In this document: one piece after another, positions 1 to 10,027 of the stretch | How the letters are laid out: every line of letters starts with the position of its first letter | How positions within the stretch are numbered: the stretch's first letter is position 1 | NCBI GenBank assembly: GCA_050010515.1 | Contig: JBEKKX010000005.1 | Location: forward strand, 1-64,000 | Source of the DNA: Candidatus Bathyarchaeia archaeon | GTDB taxonomy: Archaea; Thermoproteota; Bathyarchaeia; Bathyarchaeales; Bathycorpusculaceae | Reading direction: 5' to 3' | DNA: 64,000 nt | The notes under the pieces: model-generated | The model's database searches: none | What the model was told of the DNA's origin: nothing | Seen by the model: the letters and a program-made list of their open reading frames with translations, nothing else | Made by a program: the position numbers and the translations under genes

Positions 1-108
1 AATAGCCTTTAGCAAGCTTTTGCATTTCTTTTCTCCTTAAAAGTGTTCCAGAGCCTCAGCAAACCCTAAATGTTCTAATATGTCGCCACTCCGTCATTGT
101 CTTTTTTT
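1..108. repeat. Copy of a ~110-bp intergenic repeat (second copy at 3046-3153); probably truncated by the window start
   Basis: aatagcctttagcaagcttttgc.tttcttttctccttaaaag...ccagagcctcagcaaaccctaaatg.tcta...tcattgtcttttttt aligns directly with 3046-3153. Confidence 0.9.
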
Positions 109-209
109 CCATATGTCCATAACCAGCATACAAGACTTGTTTGAAAAGTAGATAACTCAGCTCCAGTCAGTTGACTCTTCTAAAGTTTTCTGTTTCTTGT
201 CGGTTAGTC

Positions 210-269
210 GGTAGTCGGATGACTTACTGCGAGTTGGTAGTCGGATGACTTACTGTGACTCTTTATAAG
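210..269 (+). promoter_or_regulatory. Tandem 20-bp operator-like repeats followed by a TATA box
   Basis: ggtagtcggatgacttactg at 210-229 and 236-255 (26-bp period, internal AGTC-N4-GACT dyad); TTTATAAG at 262-269. Confidence 0.6.
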
Positions 270-323
270 TAGTTTTGAACGATACCCGCTGTATAAATAA
301 AATTGAAGGAAAGGAAAAAACAA

Positions 324-2942
324 ATGAAAACGCTAAGAAATAAGATTGCAGCTATTACGATTTCTATATTCTTTATACTTTCAATGACAGCTTCACTGGC
401 ACTAATACCAACTACTAGTGCACATACGCCTCCATGGCAGATTACAACCTACTGTTATGTCGAAGCAAATCCTAACCCGGTAGGAGTCGGTCAAACTGTA
501 TACATTCTCGTTTGGATCGATAACGCGTGCCCAACAGCGGATGGCAAGTATGGTGATAGGTGGACTGATATGACAGTGACAGTTACGGCTCCCAATGGAG
601 CCATAACAACACTTGGACCGTTAACTTCCCAAGCTACGGGAGGAGCATCTACCACATTTGTTCCTACCGTAGTCGGCAACTACACTTTTGTGGGTCACTT
701 CCCTCAACAAATCGTAAACAATAATAATCCCGCCCCCGGTTATGTGTCGTCGTTTGCCTCTATGATCAACGATACTATGTTAGCTAGCAACAGCAGCCCA
801 ACGACGATAACCGTACAGTCGGCGGCGATACCACTAACAGCTTATCCGACGCTTCCGCTTCCAACCGAATACTGGACTCGCCCGATAAATTCAATGAACA
901 GGGGATGGTACGTGATCGGCGGAAATTGGCTTGGTGAGGCTTTTAGTGGTGCCGGTTCTAGTGCCGGGAACTATGATCCATACACCCAAGCACCCAGCAC
1001 TGCTCACATATTGTGGACGTATCCCCTAGCATGGGGAGGTCAAATTGGAGGACAATTTGGCAGCAACAGCTTAAGCATCTTTGCAACGGGAACGGCATAC
1101 GAAGGCAAATTCGGGTATTCCACCGGCTCGCCGGTAGTCATGAACGGGATACTTTACACGACTTACTGGCCAGGGTCGGTCCAAAATCCAGACGGTATGG
1201 ATGCTATAAGTCTAAAAACCGGACAACTCTTATGGAATATGCCATTTGAAACGAATGGTGTACAAGACGAGCAACAATGCCTGTTTTGTGGTATGATACT
1301 CAATTTCTATTCAGATAACCAGTATGGGGCCCATGCATACCTATTTTCGAGGACGGAAGCATTCACAGCTCAAAATACGGAACCAGAATCACCTAGCTTC
1401 TCGATGTATGACGCTGCTACAGGAATGTATATACTGACCATCACCGGCTCATCAGCTGCTGGTACACTTGTAGCCGACGCAAACGGGAATATTCTAAGTT
1501 TCACCGCTGCCAACGGTCTGTTGCGTATGTGGAACATGACACAATGCATCGCTGCGGGAGAAATAAAGTATAATACCATTTCGGCTATTAACGCTAATGA
1601 AATGTGGCGGCCTCCTCAAAATGCGACGATAGCCTGGGCGCCAGGGTACCAGTGGAGTGCGCCCATTGCCACCACTTTGGCCGGCAACCCCATCAGTCTA
1701 AGCATTACTAAAGTTGACTATTCTGACGGCGTAGTACTTTTAACTCAAACAGCACCGACAGTCTCAGGTGGGGCCAATGAGGGTTGGCGAATTGACGCCG
1801 CTTACAGCGCAACGAATGGGACTCTGCTTTGGGGTCCGACAAACCGAACGGAACCAGCATTTAGCACCGAGCCTATAACTGCCGCGGGAGACGGAGTCTA
1901 CACCCAAATGAATCAAGAGGCGCTGACTTGGAGTACCTATAGCATATATACAGGACAGTTGCTATGGACAGCAGCGCCCTGGACAAACTACTATGATTAT
2001 TATGATCGAGGTTCGGCTATCGGCGGGGGATACGAATACTGCTGGGCCTTTGGCGGACAAGTAGCATGCTATAATTGCACAACAGGTGCTGAAATTTGGA
2101 ACTGGAACACTGGAAGCTCCGGGTACGACACTCCCTACGGTATATGGCCTATTTATAATTCTGGACTTATTGCGGACGGAATGATTTACATCGGATCAAG
2201 TCATGAATACACACCACCCTTCTATGAGGGCGCACGGGTATACTGCCTAAACGCTACCACAGGACAGGAAATGTGGAGCATATTGGACTTTGTCGGTTCC
2301 AAAGGCGATTCGGTTATCGGAGACGGTGTTTATGTGGTGCCCAATACCTATGACATGCAGATATACGCTTTCAGCATGGGACCCAGCGAAACTACTGTTA
2401 CCGCACCCAACATTGGCGTCACAACCGCTACACCAGTAACGATAACGGGCACAGTGATGGACACCTCTCCAGGCTCACAGCAAACTGCAGTAGCAGCAGA
2501 CTTCCCCCACGGTCTACCATGCGTATCTGACGCGAGCCAGAGCCAGTTTATGGAAGCCGTTTACGAGCAGCAGCAGATGCCAACCAACCTAACAGGAGTC
2601 CCAGTCACGATATCCGTCACTGACTCTAACCACAACACTTATCCCATAGGCACCACCACAACTGACCCACTAACTGGCACCTTCGGCCTAACATGGACAC
2701 CGATCATTCTAGGCAACTACACAGTTACTGCAACATTTGCAGGTTCAGGATCATACTATGGATCTTATGCTACAACATACTTCTATGCTGGCGCGCCACC
2801 GGCAACACCAGCGCCAACCGCTGCACCTGTAACAGGCCTAGCAACAATGTCAGCCCTAACTTATGGAATCGTTGCTGCAATAATCGTAATAATCATAATC
2901 GGCGCTATACTGGCAATGCTAATGCTCAGAAAACGACCATAA
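324..2942 (+). CDS. Secreted, C-terminally anchored PQQ-like beta-propeller surface protein
   Basis: Signal peptide, repeated YCLNATTG/G.xxW propeller motifs, Ig-like ends, PT linker, C-terminal TM plus RKRP; ATG at 324 preferred over TTG at 303. Confidence 0.8.
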   Translation: MKTLRNKIAAITISIFFILSMTASLALIPTTSAHTPPWQITTYCYVEANPNPVGVGQTVYILVWIDNACPTADGKYGDRWTDMTVTVTAPNGAITTLGPLTSQATGGASTTFVPTVVGNYTFVGHFPQQIVNNNNPAPGYVSSFASMINDTMLASNSSPTTITVQSAAIPLTAYPTLPLPTEYWTRPINSMNRGWYVIGGNWLGEAFSGAGSSAGNYDPYTQAPSTAHILWTYPLAWGGQIGGQFGSNSLSIFATGTAYEGKFGYSTGSPVVMNGILYTTYWPGSVQNPDGMDAISLKTGQLLWNMPFETNGVQDEQQCLFCGMILNFYSDNQYGAHAYLFSRTEAFTAQNTEPESPSFSMYDAATGMYILTITGSSAAGTLVADANGNILSFTAANGLLRMWNMTQCIAAGEIKYNTISAINANEMWRPPQNATIAWAPGYQWSAPIATTLAGNPISLSITKVDYSDGVVLLTQTAPTVSGGANEGWRIDAAYSATNGTLLWGPTNRTEPAFSTEPITAAGDGVYTQMNQEALTWSTYSIYTGQLLWTAAPWTNYYDYYDRGSAIGGGYEYCWAFGGQVACYNCTTGAEIWNWNTGSSGYDTPYGIWPIYNSGLIADGMIYIGSSHEYTPPFYEGARVYCLNATTGQEMWSILDFVGSKGDSVIGDGVYVVPNTYDMQIYAFSMGPSETTVTAPNIGVTTATPVTITGTVMDTSPGSQQTAVAADFPHGLPCVSDASQSQFMEAVYEQQQMPTNLTGVPVTISVTDSNHNTYPIGTTTTDPLTGTFGLTWTPIILGNYTVTATFAGSGSYYGSYATTYFYAGAPPATPAPTAAPVTGLATMSALTYGIVAAIIVIIIIGAILAMLMLRKRP

Positions 2943-3045
2943 AAACCTCGCAACCAAAAAATCCATTTCCCCCTTTTTTAGTTTCAAAAAGCAATGGAGA
3001 AAAAGGATAAGGGCTGAGAAGGCTCTGGTCAAATTCACAAGAAAC

Positions 3046-3153
3046 AATAGCCTTTAGCAAGCTTTTGCGTTTCTTTTCTCCTTAAAAGTTTCCAGAGCCT
3101 CAGCAAACCCTAAATGCTCTAAAATGCCGCCAATCCCTCATTGTCTTTTTTTT
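3046..3153. repeat. Second copy of the intergenic repeat, part of an imperfect hairpin (3011-3110)
   Basis: Matches 1-108; gggctgagaaggctctgg (3011-3028) is complementary to ccagagcctcagcaaaccc (3092-3110). Confidence 0.85.
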
Positions 3154-3490
3154 GGAAACATAGTTTAGTTTTTCCGAGTGGCAACTGGAGGGGAATTGAA
3201 CCCTCGCCAAGATGCAGACATCGTCCGCACAAACCCTTTTTTTCTTTCCGTACGCTCTCCCCTGCGCTGATATGTCGTCTCAGCACTCGCCTTTTAAAGC
3301 GCTTTAGCCCTAGCTTCTCCATGCCCGAATTGTCCAGACCTTGCGATGCTTGCGGCAAAACGGTTCGGCGGCTTGACAAAAGACTAGACTATAAAGAAAA
3401 AACTGGAGAGATAGGTTTTTATGTTCCGCTTAAATCTCTAAGGGTCACCAACATATATTAAATGGCAAAAGAATGGATTGATGGACCAAA

Positions 3491-3799
3491 ATGGTAAGAA
3501 AAGCAAGAATACGCCTCACAAGCACAGATTACGGCAAACTTGAAGAGGTATGCGGAGAACTGAAAAGTATAGCTCAAAAAACAGGCGTAAAAATCAACGG
3601 TCCAGTACCATTGCCCACAAAACGACTGCGAGTGCCAGTTCTAAAAGCGCCATCAGGTGAAGGAACGGCAACATGGGACAGGTGGGAAATGCGCATTCAC
3701 AAACGATTAATCGACATTGACTCGGAAGAGCGAGTTATGCGTAGAATCATGCGCATCCGTGTACCAGAAGAAGTCCACGTGACAATCGAACTCATCTAA
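3491..3799 (+). CDS. rps10: 30S ribosomal protein uS10
   Basis: KARIRL...GPVPLPTK...[20 protein letters not shown] motifs. Confidence 0.97.
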   Translation: MVRKARIRLTSTDYGKLEEVCGELKSIAQKTGVKINGPVPLPTKRLRVPVLKAPSGEGTATWDRWEMRIHKRLIDIDSEERVMRRIMRIRVPEEVHVTIELI

Positions 3800-3856
3800 A
3801 CTCAAGACAGTTTTTTAGCAACCGACCTTTAGGCTTTCAAAAAAAATCTCGTTTTT

Positions 3857-4657
3857 TTAAAAGATAATGATGACCGTAATTATTGTGAGAACAAGCGCTG
3901 GAATGAAAGCTAAAGCCCAAAGTTTCTTGTTAAAACTGAAAATTTTGTAGCCATCCAAAATTCCGAATGGAATCAGATTAAAGATTGCCATGAAAGCGTT
4001 GATGTAAGCGGCAAAAAACAGCATGCCAACATACAAACTTGACGGTAAAGCAAACGCTAATCCAAGAAGTGCACTTGAGAAAATGATGTTAGTGAGTGGC
4101 CCAGCAAGGGAAATCTTGACTATCTCGTCTCCATTAGGTGTACCAGCAATCATCATTGCACCGGGTGAAATCATTTTGAAAGGCAGAAATACGCAAACTA
4201 ATGTTAAGACTGCTCCCCAAGTTGTTAAGCGGAATTCAGCCCATAGACCATTTTTTTGAGCCGTGATTTTATGCGCGAATTCATGCACCAAAAAAGACGC
4301 TGTCAAAATAGCCGCGAAAACAGCCATGATATCCCATCCCCAACTACTAAATGCATACAATCCGATGGAGAAACCAATGCCGATGACGAGCAGGGTTGCA
4401 ACAATTATGTGTTTAAGTTCTTTAGGACTAGAGGAGACATGCCTCTCACGCCTCGGTTGCTGACCGAGATTATAGCTGTATTGATAGGAATTGTACGATT
4501 GAGGGGTAATCACTTGTTCTCGTCTTTGTGAACGAGCAAAATCAATTCTTGGGCATGCATGGTTCTCTGGCAAACGGTGAACACTACAAAACTGTCCACC
4601 ACAAAATGGACAGCGAAACGGAAGAAGAGTTTCTTGATTGCATACTTGGCATTTCAT
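3857..4657 (-). CDS. AN1 zinc finger fused to site-2 (M50) membrane metalloprotease
   Basis: CxxC..LPFRCPFCGGQFCSVHRLPENHAC; HEFAH; AGP; NLIPFGILDG. Confidence 0.88.
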   Translation of the reverse strand: MKCQVCNQETLLPFRCPFCGGQFCSVHRLPENHACPRIDFARSQRREQVITPQSYNSYQYSYNLGQQPRRERHVSSSPKELKHIIVATLLVIGIGFSIGLYAFSSWGWDIMAVFAAILTASFLVHEFAHKITAQKNGLWAEFRLTTWGAVLTLVCVFLPFKMISPGAMMIAGTPNGDEIVKISLAGPLTNIIFSSALLGLAFALPSSLYVGMLFFAAYINAFMAIFNLIPFGILDGYKIFSFNKKLWALAFIPALVLTIITVIIIF

Positions 4658-4836
4658 CTAATTAAGGCGCCTTTCACATTAACATACACATAGTGGTTTA
4701 AATTTTTCCCTTTCAAAAACAAAAAAACAAACTATTTTTACTATGCAATCTTCATTCGACGATGGAGTCGTATATTGCCAATAGTCTTATATATTTCTTG
4801 TATACATTTTACTCTCTCTGTATACGAGGCGGAAAT

Positions 4837-5058
4837 ATGACGACCGAGGTCTTATCTGTAAGGGTTAAGAAAAGCTTGAAAGATGAAGCTGAGAAGCTAG
4901 GAGTTGACTTAAAAGCGGCGGTGGAGGAGCTTCTTGAGGAGCTCGTGGCTGAGAAGAAGGCAAAAGCGCAACAAATCGCCAAAGAACTTAGCGACCTGAT
5001 GGACGTTAAACCTGAGGAGTGGGTAAATGACGTCAGAGCGACAAGGCACGAGATGTAA
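4837..5058 (+). CDS. VapB/CcdA-like ribbon-helix-helix antitoxin
   Basis: EVLSVRVKKSLK RHH start; overlaps the PIN gene; tgtatac(a) repeats upstream. Confidence 0.75.
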   Translation: MTTEVLSVRVKKSLKDEAEKLGVDLKAAVEELLEELVAEKKAKAQQIAKELSDLMDVKPEEWVNDVRATRHEM

Positions 5059-5428
5059 GTATCTCATTGATACTTCCGCACTTTATCCGATACTGGTTTC
5101 TGGGGTTGCGTTCAACGCTGAGGAATGTGCAGTGAGTTCCCTGACGGAATATGAGATTGGGAACGTCCTCTGGAGGGAGAACCAGCAGAAGAAACTCAAG
5201 GACTCCAGAAGAATAGCAACGATTTTTTCTGAAGCAATTCGCCCTCTAAGAAAGATGGAGATTGATTCGATAGCCAATGTCTTGGCAGTTGCCATAGAAA
5301 GACGTCTTACTTTTTACGATGCCTCATATGCGTACTTGGCTGAAAAGGAAAATATGAGATTAGTCACGCAGGACACAGATTTGTTAAAGAAGTGCAAGGT
5401 CGCAATTTCAATAAAGGAAATGGAGTAG
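5027..5428 (+). CDS. vapC: PIN-domain (VapC) toxin
   Basis: LIDTSA, YEIGN, LTFYDASY, LVTQD. Confidence 0.9.
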   Translation: MTSERQGTRCKYLIDTSALYPILVSGVAFNAEECAVSSLTEYEIGNVLWRENQQKKLKDSRRIATIFSEAIRPLRKMEIDSIANVLAVAIERRLTFYDASYAYLAEKENMRLVTQDTDLLKKCKVAISIKEME

Positions 5429-5460
5429 GTCAAGGACTCCTACTTGAAGGCAGGAGTTTG
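5429..5460. mobile_element. IS200/IS605-like end palindrome (REP/PATE-like remnant)
   Basis: GTCAAGG-ACTCCT-acttgaaggc-AGGAGT-TTG resembles GTCAA..CCCC...TGAAG..GGGGCTTG ends; no transposase nearby. Confidence 0.45.
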
Positions 5461-5542
5461 AAATGGCAATGTGCAAGAACGCTTAAAATAGGTAAACTAC
5501 TAATCAAAAGCTAAAGGGGAAGACAAAGGGAGTCATAGCCAC

Positions 5543-6748
5543 TTGAAGCCGTTCAGCTTCGTTCATGCTTCAGACTTGCATTTAGGCTACGCACAGTACG
5601 GTCTTGAAGCTAGAAGGCAAGACTTCGACAACGCATTCAAAGAAGTAGTGGATAAAACAATCGAGTTAAAACCTGACTTTATGATTATCGCGGGTGATTT
5701 GTTTCATCAAGCGAGACCATCAAACGTTACCCTGGAGAACACTATTCGAAGTTTTAAGCGGCTAAAAGACGCCAACATCCCAGTTTTAACGGTTGACGGC
5801 TCACACGATTCCGCGCCAAACACGGTAACGGGTACAATCCTATACCCATTGGACAGCGCAGGATTAATCCACCATTTGCCAAGGCACAGCGGCGCATGCT
5901 GGCGCAAACCAGACTGCTGCTACGTCTATGGCATACCAAACTTTCACAATAAGCATAAGACTCAAGAGGCTCTCCCAAAGTTCATGGCGGAAAACTCTCC
6001 AACGCCCGATAGCAAGGTCTGCAACATTTTCGTTTTCCACGCCGCGGTGGATTTGCCAAGCGTTAAGCCACCATACATTGAAGCTGAAGTTTCGCCCGAG
6101 CAATTGCCAAGCGGCTTTGACTATTATGCTGCTGGTCACGTGCATGAACGGTACCTGGACAAGTTCAAAACAGGCGTTCTAGCATATAGTGGCTGTACTG
6201 AAACAGCCGATTACAGAGAAGCGAAGTACCAGAAAGGCTTCTTTCATGTTAAAGTAAACGAGAAAGGTGAAGTAAACCCTGAGTTCAATGAAATTACGTC
6301 AAATCGTAAATTCGTTGTTTTTGAGCAAGAATTCACTGGTATGGCATCAGGGAAAATAACTGAATTAGCCACTCAACTTGTAAAAGACGCTGATTCGGAA
6401 GGAGCAATTATAATTCCTGTTTTGAAAGGCACTTTACCAGCTGAAGCAAGCCGAGCAGAAATCGACATAGGCAAAATTCGAAGTGCTGGCGAGAAAGCTT
6501 TGCTTGTTCACCCAATCGTGCTGCTAAAAGAAACCGCTGTTTCCGACGAAATTGTACGGTCCATTTTTGAGAGTGAATTTAAAGATTTGAAGACCAAAGC
6601 TTTTGAGTATTTTCTGCAGATTTTCTCCGAACGTTATAGCCGCGAGGAAGCTGACAAAATTGCACGTTCAGCACTCAGCCTTATAGAACCCTTAACAAGA
6701 AAACAAGACGAGAAAGTCAAGCAAACCATTGAGGAGCTGGCAAAATGA
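5543..6748 (+). CDS. mre11: DNA double-strand break repair nuclease Mre11
   Basis: SDLHLG, AGDLFH, GSHD, AGHVH phosphoesterase motifs; adjacent to rad50. Confidence 0.93.
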   Translation: MKPFSFVHASDLHLGYAQYGLEARRQDFDNAFKEVVDKTIELKPDFMIIAGDLFHQARPSNVTLENTIRSFKRLKDANIPVLTVDGSHDSAPNTVTGTILYPLDSAGLIHHLPRHSGACWRKPDCCYVYGIPNFHNKHKTQEALPKFMAENSPTPDSKVCNIFVFHAAVDLPSVKPPYIEAEVSPEQLPSGFDYYAAGHVHERYLDKFKTGVLAYSGCTETADYREAKYQKGFFHVKVNEKGEVNPEFNEITSNRKFVVFEQEFTGMASGKITELATQLVKDADSEGAIIIPVLKGTLPAEASRAEIDIGKIRSAGEKALLVHPIVLLKETAVSDEIVRSIFESEFKDLKTKAFEYFLQIFSERYSREEADKIARSALSLIEPLTRKQDEKVKQTIEELAK

Positions 6749-8832
6749 AAATTGAAATAGTTCAGCTAGAAAATATCCGCAGCCACATTAAATCCACCGT
6801 GCCATTTACACGGGGCTTTAACTGTCTTGTTGGTGGTTTAGGCTGCGGAAAATCCAGCGTCTTATACGCGGTTGACTTCGCCTTGTTCGGTGACTCAATA
6901 GGCAGAAGTTTTGAATATCTGCTGCGTGAGGGCGCGGATTCAGGGAAGGTCACTGTACAGTTCACACAAAGCGGAAGCACCTACAAGCTTATACGCGGAT
7001 TAAAAAGAAAAGGCAAAAGCATTACTCAAAATTTTGAAGAACTCAAACTCTATGAGGATGAGAAGCTTGTTGCCAGCATGAAAACCGACGCCATCACTGA
7101 ACAGTTTAAAGCTATCACAGGTTTAGAAAAGGACCTTTACCGAGAAATAGTTTGGTTTAGGCAGGAACACCTCAAAGAGCTACTTGATGCTGCGCCGCGT
7201 GACAGGCAAAGACGTTTGGATGAATTGTTCGGTTTGTCCGACTATGAGGTTGCTTGGAGTAATATTGCTCAGTATCAGCGGGACTATGAGACTGAAAAGC
7301 GGGTTTACGAGAAGGACCCAGATGTTACTGGGTTAGAAAAGCTAAGTAACGAATACAATAGGGCAAGTGAAGAATACGCGCTTTTAGAAATGGATCTTGA
7401 GAACTCAACGCAAAAGTTAACGGTTGCCAAGAAAGCGTTGGATGGCGCAGATTCAAAACTGAAAAGGCTAGAAGAGAAAAGGCAAGTTATTGAAGATCTT
7501 AAGCGAAAAGAAGCAAGACTCCATGCCGATATTGTTAATATGGCTAACACTTTGGCTTCGCTAACTCAGCGTATTGAAGGCAAAAAAACAATCTTGGATA
7601 ATTTGCGTCAGCGCCAAAGCTCAATTGATGCTCAAGGTAAAGTGTGCTTAGGTAAACTTGAGCAAGCAGGTTTGTCAACTAATCAGCCTGTTGAAGCACT
7701 GCATTCTTCTTTGGCAGCGTTTGATGATAAAATCAGCAGTTTAAAGGCTGATCAAGAAGCGACATCGAGGAACCTGCAAACAGACAAGAAAAGAATTGTT
7801 TCTTTATCACAAGAAAGTAAATGCCCGCTTTGCGTGCAGCCATTAGAGGGCGAATACAAAAGCAATCTGCTTTCAAGAATCCAACAAGAAAATTTTGAAC
7901 GGGAAAAAACCATTAATCAATTAAAAATTGAAATTGATAACCTCCAGAAAACAAGAGCTGTAGCTTCTGAAGCTTACTCGATCTTGCAAACTTGTATGAC
8001 AAGAGCTGAAGAGCTAAAAAACCGCTTAAGTGAAGAAGAAAATAACCTTAATAATCTATCAAGCGAATTTGAGGAGAAGCAGAAGCTTGAAGCTGATTTG
8101 CGTTTGCAGCTTGAGCAGGTTCAGTTTGAAATCAGCAGATTTGATTTATCAGAGCTTGATGCTGCCCGAGCGCAGCGTGAACAGGCTTTTCGACAATATT
8201 ACATGTTAGACTCCGATTTGTGCACTAAAGAAAACCGCAAAAAAGATCTTTTTAAACGCTTAGATGAAATTAAAGAGCGGATTAATCTTGCGCAGGAAAA
8301 GCTTGAGCGCATGGAGAAAATCCGTAGAACCGTTGAAGTTTTAGGTGCCATTCGTGACGCTTACCGCAGTATTCAGCCTAAGCTTCGAAGTGAGTTTGTG
8401 AAGGTTTTGCGCAATTATATTCAGCAAGTGCTTGATGGCTTAGTCGGCGGAGAAGGACCCATGCTTAACGTTGTTATTGATGAAACTTACACGCCTTACG
8501 TGAAAAGCGAAATGGGCGTTGACCGTGAAGTCTCTAACCTTTCGGGGGGAGAACGTACGCTTTTGGCTTTTGCTTACCGCTTAGGTTTAGGACAGTTGAT
8601 TATGCAGTCGCGGACTGGTCACGGCTTAAGTATACTTGTGCTTGATGAACCCACCGAGAACTTAGGAAGCGAAGATGGCAGCATAGAACGGTTAGCTGAA
8701 GCCATAAGTCGATTTAAAGCAATTGAACAAATCATTGCGGTTACGCATAGTGAAGCATTTGCTGGTAAAGCTGAGCACGTAGTTATTTTGGAAAAAGAGG
8801 CTGGAGTTAGCAAAATCTCAATTGAACGATAA
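6745..8832 (+). CDS. rad50: Rad50 SMC-family ATPase
   Basis: Walker A GGLGCGKSS, coiled coils, CPLC zinc hook, LSGGE, LDEPT. Confidence 0.93.
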   Translation: MKIEIVQLENIRSHIKSTVPFTRGFNCLVGGLGCGKSSVLYAVDFALFGDSIGRSFEYLLREGADSGKVTVQFTQSGSTYKLIRGLKRKGKSITQNFEELKLYEDEKLVASMKTDAITEQFKAITGLEKDLYREIVWFRQEHLKELLDAAPRDRQRRLDELFGLSDYEVAWSNIAQYQRDYETEKRVYEKDPDVTGLEKLSNEYNRASEEYALLEMDLENSTQKLTVAKKALDGADSKLKRLEEKRQVIEDLKRKEARLHADIVNMANTLASLTQRIEGKKTILDNLRQRQSSIDAQGKVCLGKLEQAGLSTNQPVEALHSSLAAFDDKISSLKADQEATSRNLQTDKKRIVSLSQESKCPLCVQPLEGEYKSNLLSRIQQENFEREKTINQLKIEIDNLQKTRAVASEAYSILQTCMTRAEELKNRLSEEENNLNNLSSEFEEKQKLEADLRLQLEQVQFEISRFDLSELDAARAQREQAFRQYYMLDSDLCTKENRKKDLFKRLDEIKERINLAQEKLERMEKIRRTVEVLGAIRDAYRSIQPKLRSEFVKVLRNYIQQVLDGLVGGEGPMLNVVIDETYTPYVKSEMGVDREVSNLSGGERTLLAFAYRLGLGQLIMQSRTGHGLSILVLDEPTENLGSEDGSIERLAEAISRFKAIEQIIAVTHSEAFAGKAEHVVILEKEAGVSKISIER

Positions 8833-8980
8833 AATGCTATAGTGCACGAAAAAATTCTATGCCTCCATTTAAGGGTAAGCGACTTTGGAAAAGCCATCTT
8901 TGCAAATTTAGTCCTTTTAAGCGAGAGAGGGCTGGCAGAAGTTATTTTAATCCCAGCAAGACGTCTTTTCCTTGAGTGAA

Positions 8981-9919
8981 CTAAGGTTTGGCGATTGTGA
9001 GTTGTATCGGCGTGGTCTGTATTCCGTACGTTGGACCAGTTTGGCCAACTATGTAGTAGGTTCCTGGCGAGACTGAGTCTCCTTCAACTTGGACGTTGAA
9101 ATTGCATGTCTGCAACCAAGTGAAGTTGGCCGAAAAGCTCTCTCCAGCGGAAAGCGGCACGATGGCTATGAATTGAGCTATGGCTCTGAAATTTGACCAC
9201 TGGTACACCACATTGTTTGTGCCGTTGTAAACTTGAAAATCAAAATCCAATCCTGTGTGCTCAAAGTTTATTGTCTGATTGCTGATGTTGGTGATGGTCA
9301 AAGTTAGGTTGACAGGTTCGCCTAAACTGTAAGAGGTTTTGTCGAGGGTCATGGTGAGTTCGAGATTGCCATTTCCTCCCGACGCCACGGACTGATTGGA
9401 GTATTGGATTGTCACAGGAGTAACGAAATTGAACGTGGATCCATTTTGCAGAGTGCCTGTGATCTCCATCGGGTAGGGTTGGTTTGTTTCAAATCCGGCG
9501 CCAATCAGTGTGTCTGTCTGAGATGCGTCTTGATTGGGCAAAAGCGGGTTGCTTGAAGAAACGCCGCCGAAAACGTACGTGTAGTTGTGCCCAGATAAGA
9601 ACAATACCGCTTGAAGGCTAACCACTGGGTTGGTTGCGTTGTTTTGCAGGATGACTTCAATTGTCGGTCCACCCGGGTTATAGGGTTGAAGAATACTGAC
9701 TGAAACTACGGTTAGAGCGCCTGCATTTACAGGAGCGGACGTTGCAGCCGGCGTAGGAGCCGGCGTAGGAGCTGGCGATGTGCTCGGGGTCGGCGTAGGG
9801 GTCAAAGGGTTACTATTCTTTGGCAGTTCTTTCTGTGCAGCATAGTAGGCGCCGACTGCTCCAACTAAAAGTATGACCAATAACAAGACAACCTGTGCCT
9901 TCGCCACGGCTCTTTCCAA
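8981..9919 (-). CDS. Membrane-anchored protein with PT linker and BsuPI-like Ig domain
   Basis: N-terminal TM, PTPTP linker, DFDFQV...YQWS...LSAGESF...W. Confidence 0.6.
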   Translation of the reverse strand: MERAVAKAQVVLLLVILLVGAVGAYYAAQKELPKNSNPLTPTPTPSTSPAPTPAPTPAATSAPVNAGALTVVSVSILQPYNPGGPTIEVILQNNATNPVVSLQAVLFLSGHNYTYVFGGVSSSNPLLPNQDASQTDTLIGAGFETNQPYPMEITGTLQNGSTFNFVTPVTIQYSNQSVASGGNGNLELTMTLDKTSYSLGEPVNLTLTITNISNQTINFEHTGLDFDFQVYNGTNNVVYQWSNFRAIAQFIAIVPLSAGESFSANFTWLQTCNFNVQVEGDSVSPGTYYIVGQTGPTYGIQTTPIQLTIAKP

Positions 9920-10027
9920 TAGACTCTTCCCTCCTATACTGTCTATAGACGCAGCGAGAATTAAAAATCAACTGGTCTGCAGGCAACTAGCATGGCGCGT
10001 AGTCGTATATGGATATTCTTGGAGTAA

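Noticed and set aside
3119-3461. ORFs 3119-3379 (-) and 3141-3461 (+)
   Set aside because: No recognisable motifs and atypical composition; they overlap the repeat and structured region.
6829-6860. Non-canonical Rad50 Walker A as a sign of inactivity
   Set aside because: GxxGxGKS is preserved, and the signature, Walker B and zinc hook are intact.
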